The notes under the pieces: generated by a model
Seen by the model: only the letters and a program-made list of their open reading frames with translations
The model's database searches: none
What the model was told of the DNA's origin: nothing
Shown here: piece after piece, positions 19,661 through 28,600 of the stretch
Layout: each line of letters begins with the position of its first letter
How positions within the stretch are numbered: the stretch's first letter is position 1
Made by a program: the position numbers and the translations under genes
From: Bacteroidota bacterium
GTDB taxonomy: Bacteria > Bacteroidota > Bacteroidia > CAILMK01 > JACPUW01
Direction of reading: 5' to 3'
Assembly: GCA_016192035.1 (NCBI GenBank)
Contig: JACPUW010000032.1
Location: 1,450-65,449 of the forward strand
Length of the DNA: 64,000 bases

Positions 19661-20461
19661 ATGACGGTAGTGACTTTGACTTCAGACCTAGGTACCGGTG
19701 ACTACCACGTGGCTGCGGTAAAGGGCACCTTGCTACAAACTGCTGCACCCATACAACTGGTTGATATAAGCCATGATATCAAACCGTACAACTACATTCA
19801 TGCCGCACGGGTGGTAGATGGTTGTTTCCGCGACTTTCCGAAGGGAAGCCTCCACTTGGTGGGGGTAGAAGGGGACTTTGGCCGAAAGAATGAATGGTTG
19901 CTGGCACACGTGGAAAACCACATGTTCATCGTGAAGAATACTGGATTTCTGTCGCTTATAAGCCCTGAGCCCCCAGGTTGGTGTTACTTGTTGCCGGTGA
20001 ACGGATCCCAAAGTTTGAAATTCCCATTAAAAAGCATTGTTGCACAGGCGGCCCTGGGGCTACTGGATGGCAAAAAACCCGCATCCCTGGGCAGCCCCTT
20101 CCAGCAATTGGTAGAAAGCCGAAACCTGAGCGCGAGTATCATGCAGCAATCCATACGGGGCCAGGTAGTACATATAACACCTTACAACAACGTGGTAACC
20201 AACATACACCGACGCGATTTGGAGAATTTCGGCCACTTTAGGACTTGTAAAATCCACTACAACCGCCTTGATTACTTTGACCGGATATACAACTCATACC
20301 ACGACGTGCCCGAAGGAGCAGCCGCATGTTTTTTTGGGAGCGATGGCTTTTTGGAAATAGGCATACACGGTGGTAATGCCCACTCACTTTTGAATATGCA
20401 CGAGGGAAAATATATCACACTAGAATTTGACAATCCAAAACATGATACAGCGACTGGTTAA
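19661..20461 (+). CDS. SAM hydroxide adenosyltransferase family protein (DUF62; fluorinase/chlorinase-related)
   Basis: The 266-aa ORF has the N-terminus VTLTSDLGTGDYHVAAVKGTL…VDISHD, which is characteristic of the SAM_adeno_trans family. Confidence 0.65.
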   Translation: MTVVTLTSDLGTGDYHVAAVKGTLLQTAAPIQLVDISHDIKPYNYIHAARVVDGCFRDFPKGSLHLVGVEGDFGRKNEWLLAHVENHMFIVKNTGFLSLISPEPPGWCYLLPVNGSQSLKFPLKSIVAQAALGLLDGKKPASLGSPFQQLVESRNLSASIMQQSIRGQVVHITPYNNVVTNIHRRDLENFGHFRTCKIHYNRLDYFDRIYNSYHDVPEGAAACFFGSDGFLEIGIHGGNAHSLLNMHEGKYITLEFDNPKHDTATG

Positions 20462-20462
20462 A

Positions 20463-20738
20463 ATGGAGTTTACGCCGGAGGGGACCGTGGCATTCTTGGA
20501 AAATTTTGACCGGGTAAAGGACAAGATACGGGCACAAGAAGGGTGTGTACACTTAGAACTGCTACGGGATATACACCATTCCCACACACTATTTACAAGA
20601 AGCCTCTGGAAAGGCCCCGAATATTTGGAGCGGTATAGAAAGTCAGACTTGTTCCAAGAAACCTGGGCTTTTACCAAATCGCTATTTGCTTCGCCAGCCC
20701 AGGCTTGGTCGGTGGAGACCATACGCGAGTTGCCATAG
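20463..20738 (+). CDS. Antibiotic-biosynthesis-monooxygenase (ABM)-like small protein
   Basis: The 91-aa ORF is taken from the internal ATG at 20463 of ORF 20427..20738. It has the ABM-like pattern (…EGCVHLELLRD…LFTRSLWKGPEYLERY…). Position 20463 directly follows the upstream stop. Confidence 0.5.
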   Translation: MEFTPEGTVAFLENFDRVKDKIRAQEGCVHLELLRDIHHSHTLFTRSLWKGPEYLERYRKSDLFQETWAFTKSLFASPAQAWSVETIRELP

Positions 20739-20789
20739 CGCAAAAACTTTACACGGGCTTGGCCGCCAGTCAATACCCGAGGCCATAAA

Positions 20790-21623
20790 TTGCAGGCCAT
20801 GACCAGGGTTTTCCATATTTGTACTTGTCTTTTCGCTTTTGTGCAATGCGTTGTTGGCCAGCCATCTATTCTGGGTATAGGCCCCCAATCACGGGCCATG
20901 GGCGGTGTGGCGAGCACCTTGTCAAATGCCTGGTCGGCGGCCAATAACCAAGCATGCCTGGCCATGTTAGAAACGGCCCAATTAGGTGTGAGCGCCGTGC
21001 GACACTACAACTTGGGAGAACTGACCCAGGGCCACATTTCAGGTGCATTGCCCATTAAAAAATTTGGCAATCTGGGATTTAGTTTCAGTCACCTGGCCAT
21101 GACAGATGTAATGTCCGACGATAGGTTTGGCCTTTCGCTGGGCAGAAAATTTGGCCCCAATTTTTCAGCTGGCATTCAGCTTCAATTACTTTGGTTCAAC
21201 CTTCCTGCCTACGGCAACCGGGTTGCGCTATCACCGGGCATGGGGTTTTTATACTTACCCAATCCATTACTCTCCATAGGTGTGTATGCGCGCAACATCT
21301 TTACCCTTTTTGGCAAGCAGGATAATACCGGTTTGTTGCCACCAACCGCCGTGATGGGCATCAGCTATGTGCTCAGCGAGAAGCTGACAGCCTATGCCGA
21401 TGCAGGATTTTCAGTGGCCCAGGGGGCTAACATGATGATAGGGGCAAGCTATAAGCCAAACAAAAGGCTAAGACTTAGGGCTGGGGTATCTACGGCCACT
21501 TTTACCTATTCTTTGGGCCTTGACATTCGCTTCGGGTCCATTAACGTACTAGTAGGCATATCACACCACCAACGGCTGGGGGCCAGCCCCGAACTAGGCA
21601 TGAACTATGGCACCGCTCAATAG
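20790..21623 (+). CDS. Short FadL/PorV-like outer-membrane protein (family uncertain; PorP/SprF-like not excluded)
   Basis: The 277-aa ORF has a signal peptide. The mature N-terminus GIGPQSRAMGGVASTLSNAWSAANNQACLAML resembles the FadL/OmpP1/PorV N-terminal motif. Confidence 0.45.
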   Translation: MQAMTRVFHICTCLFAFVQCVVGQPSILGIGPQSRAMGGVASTLSNAWSAANNQACLAMLETAQLGVSAVRHYNLGELTQGHISGALPIKKFGNLGFSFSHLAMTDVMSDDRFGLSLGRKFGPNFSAGIQLQLLWFNLPAYGNRVALSPGMGFLYLPNPLLSIGVYARNIFTLFGKQDNTGLLPPTAVMGISYVLSEKLTAYADAGFSVAQGANMMIGASYKPNKRLRLRAGVSTATFTYSLGLDIRFGSINVLVGISHHQRLGASPELGMNYGTAQ

Positions 21624-23661
21624 AATCTGGTTTGCCATAGCCATTATTTGGCTTCCGTCGGCAGCCTTGTCACAATCCGAGTCGGAGTTGGTGCAACAGG
21701 TAATGGAGTATATACTTGAAAACGAAGAAACTGAGTTAGACTATACCGACCTCCAACTTGACCTGTTGGGCTATCTACAGAAACCCTTGGATATAAATAA
21801 GACCAATCACCACGAATTGGGGCTTTTGGGATTTTTAACCGAACCGGAAATAGCAGCCATTCTTGCCCACCGCCAGCTATATGGCCAATTTATTTACACC
21901 TATGAACTGCAAAGCGTAGATGGCCTGGGCCTTGACCGGGCCAAATTGCTCTCCAATTTTGTGCAGTGTGGCGAGGGCGCACAAAAGGCATCACTTAGCG
22001 AAATGGTACACGAGGGCAAAGGCGATTTGCTAGTGAGATACAAGACCATAGTGCAGCAACAAGCGGGATATATCAGCAACATATCGGGCGAAAAAACCTA
22101 TGAGGGCAGCCCCTTTCAACTCATGTGTAGGGCAGGATACCGCTACAACAACAGGCTCAGCCTGGGCCTAACCGCCGAAAAAGATATGGGCGAGGCATTT
22201 TTAAGTGGAAACCAAGGACAGGGCTTTGATTTCTACTCAGGCCATATACACTATGCACACAGCGGCTTGTTCCGTTCGCTATGCTTGGGCGATTACCAGG
22301 TTCAGTTTGGCCAAGGAGTGGCACTATGGAGTGGCCTTTCATTTGGCAAGAGTGCCGAACCCCTACTGGTAGCCCGGCGTCCAAGAAAACTATTGCCTTA
22401 CCGGTCAATTAACGAGAACCAATTTCTAAGAGGCGCCGCTGCCACATTCGGGCTTGGCCCTTGGGAACTCACCGCCTTTGTCAGTAAGAAAAAACTGGAT
22501 GGGGCAGTGGGTTATGATAGCCTTGGCCAAGCCCTTTCGCATAGCACCTTATCACTGGATGGATTTCACCGAACCGCTTCGGAATTAGCAAAAAAAGACG
22601 CGATTGGCGAACAAATACTGGGATCGTGCCTGGAATGGAACAGAAAAGGTTACCGCGTAGGAGCCGTATATGCCCTTACCTCCTACACACCTGGCATGCA
22701 AAAACCCAACAGTCCGTACCAGTTACACGATTTATACGGCAAGGGGTACGCTACCTCCAGTGTGTACCATGCAGGTTCACTTGGAAAGGTGTACTTATTT
22801 GGCGAACTGGCTATCAATAACCTTGACCTAAACACCCTAAGCGGCATACAAGGTTTGATAGCCCCGCTTACCAATACCATGGAAATAGCCTTACTCCATA
22901 GGCACTATAGGCCTGGGTACCATACGGCCTACTATGGCGCATTTAGGGAGCAGAGCAAAGTGGAAAACGAAGCCGGGACCTATGTGGGCATTCATTATGC
23001 GCCACATACCCATTGGCTGTTCAAGGCCTACATTGACCGGTTTCGCTTTCCATGGTTGCGGTACCAGGCCGACATGCCCAGCTATGGGCATGAATACCTT
23101 GTGGAGGTGCAGTATAAACCCAGCCGAAATTTTGTGATGATAGGCCGGATAAGGAGCCAACTCAAGGAAGCGAACCTACCCGGTGATGCTGGTCATTTGT
23201 CGCCACTGGTGGGGGAGTCAACTACCCACTACAGGCTCCAAGCCAGGTTCAACACCATAGCAGGCCTAACCGCCACTTGTAGGGGTGAATATGCCGCTTA
23301 TACAAGGGCCGGGGGCACGCGCTATAGCGGCGCCCTGGTATTTCAGGATTTTGCATTTAAGCCCTTGGATAAAAAGTACCACCTATGCATGAGGTATGCC
23401 GTGTTTCATGTACAAGATTATGGTGCAAGGATTTACGCCTATGAAAACGACGTGCTGTATGCCTACTCCGTGCCCGCCTATACCGGGCGCGGTCAACGCA
23501 TGTACATACTCCTGAAATACAAACCCCTACACGGAATGGAGTGCTGGCTTCGGTACGCGGTGACCCAGTATAGCGACCGCAGCACCATAGGCACCGGAAA
23601 TGAAACCATAGCGGGCAATACGCGAGGTGAACTCAAGGTGCAGGCCAAGTTCCGGTTTTAA
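21607..23661 (+). CDS. Large outer-membrane protein with N-terminal helix-hairpin-helix (ComEA-like) segment
   Basis: The 684-aa ORF has a signal peptide and an HhH-like segment (ELGLLGFLTEPEIAAILAHRQLYGQF). The remainder is rich in Gly/Tyr/aromatics and ends in a terminal …KFRF, the beta-barrel OMP signal. It overlaps the upstream gene by 17 nt, so the two are translationally coupled. Confidence 0.5.
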   Translation: MAPLNRIWFAIAIIWLPSAALSQSESELVQQVMEYILENEETELDYTDLQLDLLGYLQKPLDINKTNHHELGLLGFLTEPEIAAILAHRQLYGQFIYTYELQSVDGLGLDRAKLLSNFVQCGEGAQKASLSEMVHEGKGDLLVRYKTIVQQQAGYISNISGEKTYEGSPFQLMCRAGYRYNNRLSLGLTAEKDMGEAFLSGNQGQGFDFYSGHIHYAHSGLFRSLCLGDYQVQFGQGVALWSGLSFGKSAEPLLVARRPRKLLPYRSINENQFLRGAAATFGLGPWELTAFVSKKKLDGAVGYDSLGQALSHSTLSLDGFHRTASELAKKDAIGEQILGSCLEWNRKGYRVGAVYALTSYTPGMQKPNSPYQLHDLYGKGYATSSVYHAGSLGKVYLFGELAINNLDLNTLSGIQGLIAPLTNTMEIALLHRHYRPGYHTAYYGAFREQSKVENEAGTYVGIHYAPHTHWLFKAYIDRFRFPWLRYQADMPSYGHEYLVEVQYKPSRNFVMIGRIRSQLKEANLPGDAGHLSPLVGESTTHYRLQARFNTIAGLTATCRGEYAAYTRAGGTRYSGALVFQDFAFKPLDKKYHLCMRYAVFHVQDYGARIYAYENDVLYAYSVPAYTGRGQRMYILLKYKPLHGMECWLRYAVTQYSDRSTIGTGNETIAGNTRGELKVQAKFRF

Positions 23662-23749
23662 GTTTGTGTGAGCAAATTGGTTTAAACCCGTAAGTCAGTG
23701 AAACTTTTTAGCTTTGCCGTACTTGTAAGCAGGTATCAATTTCAATAAC

Positions 23750-24331
23750 ATGAACATACAAATTATCCGGGTAGTCCTTTGGGTAGTCATTGCTTTCCTG
23801 GCATATAAAATAGTGAGTGTGGTCTATGCCGATATTCGGTTCTCGCGGATAAAGGCCATGAAAGAAACAGCACGGGTAGAGCGCATGGAAAAAATCCGAT
23901 CCTTGCAGTTTGCCTACCGCGACCAGTACAGGAAGTTTTCAAAAGAATGGGACGAACTACTTCAGTATGGCAAGGAAGGTAAAATCATGATTATCAAAAC
24001 CACGGGTGACCCTAACGATACCACCATAGAGGTGAAAAGGGACACGAGCTATATATCGGTGATTGACTCACTTTTTCAAGGCAACAAGGCACTGGTAGAT
24101 TCCCTGCCCCTTATTCCCTATTCCAAAACCCAGGCAAAATTTGCATTGGAGGCTGACAAAATCAACTTGCGGCAAGTGATGGTAGATGTGTTTCAGATAA
24201 CCGATACCGACCCCATATACCAAGACCCGGAACAAAAAGAGCCATCAGGGCCCGATGAATACCCGCTACAAATAGGAAACATGGGCACCGCCAACTATGA
24301 CCTAAATAGGGACCCACGATTGAAAAAGTAA
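23750..24331 (+). CDS. Hypothetical membrane-anchored protein
   Basis: The 193-aa ORF has one N-terminal TM helix (IIRVVLWVVIAFLAYKIVSVV) followed by a soluble domain. Confidence 0.4.
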   Translation: MNIQIIRVVLWVVIAFLAYKIVSVVYADIRFSRIKAMKETARVERMEKIRSLQFAYRDQYRKFSKEWDELLQYGKEGKIMIIKTTGDPNDTTIEVKRDTSYISVIDSLFQGNKALVDSLPLIPYSKTQAKFALEADKINLRQVMVDVFQITDTDPIYQDPEQKEPSGPDEYPLQIGNMGTANYDLNRDPRLKK

Positions 24332-24477
24332 TACATAGCGTTGATTACCAAGAGCTGTCGCCAGAAATAGCAATCGGTTGCCGCTTATATGAAAGCTACT
24401 CGCCAAGCTACTATTGCGCAGCGGCATACCAACCGGGCGACCGGCGGTTCTTAGCCCTTTTCTCCCTATTTGGCCCC

Positions 24478-25119
24478 TTGGCAGGGGCATCTTCTTCCAC
24501 TTATGCGCCACCATGGCTACAACTTGAGTTTGGCGAGCGGCTAGCCTGGAGTAAGGGCCATGTGATTTCCTTGGTACCAGACGTATTTTTTGATGGTGCA
24601 TTGGCAAAAGATTATTTGAAACAAACCGGAGCCCCTAGGCCCAAACATACCCGGTTTTCACATCTCGAAGCCCTGGGGTGCTATATAGTCTATGAAGAAA
24701 AAGCCATGACACAGGGACACTCCTTTGGCCATCTCATTGACCACTTGGCCTGTACGGTGCTTCCTTTCAACCCAAGTTTTCTCCACTTTCACTTGGATGT
24801 GGACTGCCTGTTTTTGGCCACTTTTTCAAATGGCAAATTGTTCTTGGCCAACAGTTTTCGTTTTAACACCAAAGAAGATATCCTGTATTACTTGGTTGCG
24901 GTGGCAGAGCAATCTGGCATTAAACTGTCAGAACATAGGGTAAGCTATAGTGGATTCTTACGGCCTACCTCCGCGCTAAAGCGCATGCTCATGGAGTATA
25001 TTCCTGATGTAGTGCCAATAGATTTGAGCATACACCACATTACATTTCCACCCCCCATCACACCTGACCTACAGCACATGTACGCCGATATGTTTATTTT
25101 GCCGCTATGCGGATTATAA
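24478..25119 (+). CDS. DUF3822-like hypothetical protein (start uncertain, non-ATG)
   Basis: The ORF-track start is TTG. The frame is open from 24310 with no in-frame ATG. The segment …FNTKEDILYYLVAVAEQSGI… resembles DUF3822 proteins, which commonly precede rsmD in Bacteroidota. It overlaps rsmD by 13 nt. Confidence 0.4.
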   Translation: MAGASSSTYAPPWLQLEFGERLAWSKGHVISLVPDVFFDGALAKDYLKQTGAPRPKHTRFSHLEALGCYIVYEEKAMTQGHSFGHLIDHLACTVLPFNPSFLHFHLDVDCLFLATFSNGKLFLANSFRFNTKEDILYYLVAVAEQSGIKLSEHRVSYSGFLRPTSALKRMLMEYIPDVVPIDLSIHHITFPPPITPDLQHMYADMFILPLCGL

Positions 25120-25649
25120 GTGGGCTACACAAGGGCTATCCCATCAAAGCACCCAAAGGACTTCCCACGCGCCCTACCACCGATAGGAGCAAGGAGGGAT
25201 TATTCAATATTCTGTGCAATTGGTACGACTTTGAAAATTGCGATGTGCTTGATTTATATTGCGGTACGGGCAATATCACCTATGAGTTTGCTTCGCGCGG
25301 GGCAAAATCGGTGGTTTCAATAGATAGGCACAAGCCCTGTGTGGACTTTGTAAAATCTCAGAGCGCTCAACTACAAATGAATCAGGTCCAGGTTGTTCAA
25401 TCAGATGCACTTGATTTTCTCAGGGCTACCCCATTGAAATTTGATATAGTATTTGCCGACCCACCCTTTGCTACCAAAGACTACGAAGCCCTACATGGGT
25501 ACATAGTTTCTAAAAACATGGTGCATGACAAGGGCTGTTTTATTATGGAACATCATTCGGTGCATAATTTTAGCCATTTGGCGCATTTTTCCCAAGCCAG
25601 GCACTATGGTCAAAACGTGATCAGCATTTACGAGATCGACGGACAATAA
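25107..25649 (+). CDS. rsmD: 16S rRNA (guanine966-N2)-methyltransferase
   Basis: The 180-aa ORF has MRIISG…LDLYCGTG (SAM-binding) and the catalytic DPPF motif. Confidence 0.85.
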   Translation: MRIISGLHKGYPIKAPKGLPTRPTTDRSKEGLFNILCNWYDFENCDVLDLYCGTGNITYEFASRGAKSVVSIDRHKPCVDFVKSQSAQLQMNQVQVVQSDALDFLRATPLKFDIVFADPPFATKDYEALHGYIVSKNMVHDKGCFIMEHHSVHNFSHLAHFSQARHYGQNVISIYEIDGQ

Positions 25650-25650
25650 A

Positions 25651-25680
25651 AAAGCCCCTCTTTTGGAGGGGCTTTTTTTA
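25651..25680. terminator. Bidirectional rho-independent terminator
   Basis: An A-run (25649-25653), stem GCCCCTC (25654-25660), loop TTTTG, stem GAGGGGC (25666-25672), then a T-run (25673-25679). It lies between the rsmD stop (+) and the stop of the 1969-aa gene (-). Confidence 0.7.
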
Positions 25681-25696
25681 TGTAAACCTAGGGCGA

Positions 25697-28600
25697 TTAT
25701 CTCACCAAGGTAATGGTTCCGTTTGCCGGAATCATTTCTGTTTCACCCTTAAACCTTGACTTAAACACAAAGAAATACGTACCTGGAGCGGCATTTCCTC
25801 CTTCGGTCCTGTTGGTGCCATCCCAGAATTTGCACACCGTGGTCTGGGTTTCTTCCTTGAAATAGCACTCCAGTTCATCGTCTTGGTCAGCGCGCATCAT
25901 AATGGCGCCCCAGCGGTTGTAGATGGTAAGTTCCCACTCAGGCACCACTTGCAACTGCATTTCCCACCAGTCGTTGACACCGTCGCCATTGGGGGTTATC
26001 ACGTTGTAGAACTGGAGTATGGGTTCTACAATTAACCGAACAACGGCCCTATCTGTACAAGCCCTGGCATCATCTGGATCTACGTAATCAGATACCAAAA
26101 GCTCCACCATGTATTCACCTTCAGTGAAATCGACATATACAAATCGGCTACTGTCAGAATAGGTTTCCTCATGTATCACTGTTAGGGTATCGGGCAATTT
26201 AAATACCCTCCAACGGCTATACAGTGCATTCAGTGATCGGTTAAGGAAGACGTAGTTGCCCATGGCCTCGTTGGAACGTTCGTCAACTTCTATTTCCGCT
26301 TTCACTTCCTTCACGTTAATGGTCACTGCATCGGTCAATGGGCAGATAGGGAAATCACCCAAACCAATAGCCGTGATGCTATACTTACCGGGCTCGGCAT
26401 AGACCTGTCCTATCTCCTCTGCTACCGCTTTGGCATACACCGAATTCTCCAATCCCATATTCCAAACTACCGAATTATACCCTGTGTAGGTGGAATCTGC
26501 CACCACAGAGAAGATGATTTCTTCGCCAGGGCAGATCACATAGTCACTGGCCTTAATGGTAAATGGATCATAGTCGCGTACTGTTACGGTTATCGTATCT
26601 TCCGTGGGGTCATCAGGGTTCGGATAAACGTCAAGACATTGTTTTTCAACACCTGTAATAGGATCATTAACCTTGGCAGAGACACCCACCGTTATGTTAT
26701 ATTTCCCTGGCTTATCAAAGTAAAGCCCCACTTTCCTTCGCTTCTTGAAATCTGAAATTGCTTGTGCCAACACAGGATCGGTAGTCCAATAGCTCTGAGT
26801 CCTTTCTTCAAAACTGCTACTATCTATGACATAGGCAGAATCATTGACACAAATCACGTCTTGGGGCAAGAAAAACTTAGCCTGAGGCCCTATAATTTTA
26901 ATATAGAACTTCTTTGTTATTTCATCTTCACAACCTTGCATAGTCTTTACTTTCAATCTCACAGTGTAGCCACTGTCATGGGCGTCTAGGTAAGTGTGGA
27001 TGGGGTTTTGGAGGATTGATGTGTCCCTTTCATCACCAAAATCCCATGACCAATAAACTACCGAATCCATCTTACCCTTGGTAACAGATCTACCGCTCGG
27101 CACATCTTCTTTATTTTCAATAATTTCAGATGTATCCTTAAACTCGATAGATGAAGGGGTACACACCAATATCGTATTGCAGGTATCACATACACCAAAG
27201 AATGCACGCACTCCGAGCACACGAACGGCGTTTTGTTTGGTATTTGGTGTCCAGCAGCCCATGCTATCGCGCGCCCAAAGGGTCACATCATAAACTCCCA
27301 CTCCAAACTTTTCACCATACTTTTTGGAAGGTCCATAAGTCCATTGGGTAGAACGCCATGCTGTATTCATATCCCAGTTGTATTTGCCATAACCTGGGAC
27401 ACCATTCTGAATTGAATCGGCGGGGTTAATCCACACTTCTATATTGGCCGAATCCATAACCCGCTGATAGTCCTCCATACGAATACGTAATCCATTGACA
27501 TCAAGCGAATCAGTACCATCGGCTTTGGTAAGGTAACGCTGGGCATCAAAGTCCCATGCTATCATTTCCTTGTACAGAGGCCCTGTATATCCCGCTATGT
27601 TTTTGTACCAAAAATATCGGGCAGCCGAACTATCGGGATTGTAGAAATAGCCATTTGAGTCAATGCATGTGGTGTTTTCCCACCATTCATTTAATTCGCA
27701 AAACACCTGGCCACCTGGATGCCAGTAATAGACTGAGTCGTTGAAGGTAACTGTTTGGAAATTGCACAGCACACTGTCGTCATACCTAAATGCCTGATGC
27801 TGACCCAGCCATATTTCTTTCGATGAGCCTCCAAAACAGAAGTCCGCTCCATGTTGGGCTTTGGTTGTGGAGGTAATGATGTATTTGCCCGGTTCCTTCA
27901 ATAGGTAGTTAACCGTGTCGCGCAGGTTAACCAATTTGGTATCGCCCACTTGCAGTGCCATATATCCATCAGGCATCATCAGGAGTGAGTCGGCCAACAT
28001 ACTTTTTGCTGCAAAACCATTTTGACTTGCCGATTTAACTATGAAATACTTGAAGTTGCGAAGTGAATCACGCGAAAGACAAGCGGACTTACCCCTATTG
28101 TTTCCGTCAAGGGTATCATTCCTCCTATAATCCTTTACCGATAGGATAATTGGATAAGGCAGTTTTGTAGGTAGCAAGTGCGGTTCCCTGGCTATACAGT
28201 CTGTAAACTCTATGGCATTTACCACATCGGGACGCTTCTGGCCTTCATTGCCTGCCGGCCTGCCGTCGGTTTCTTCCACCACGCGGGTCCTTGGATTGGG
28301 CGACACTAGGAATTCCCCGTTGGCATCTATAAAATAGCGGTAATTCTCATAGAAGAAGGTATCAAAACAGTCGCCTACCTTGATAACAATACCAGGTGTT
28401 TTGCAGCCGGCCGTACCGTAGCTCCAGCGCATACCTATCAATTGTAGGATCATTTCAGGAATCCAGCCACACTCATAATAAAAAGTGTCCACCTCCTCAT
28501 AACCATACACTATTATAGGGCGGCCACCCGATCCCGCATTGGCTGAATCGACAATCACCATTTTTACCCGGCCATTGTCCTTAATGCCCCCGGTTTGCTG

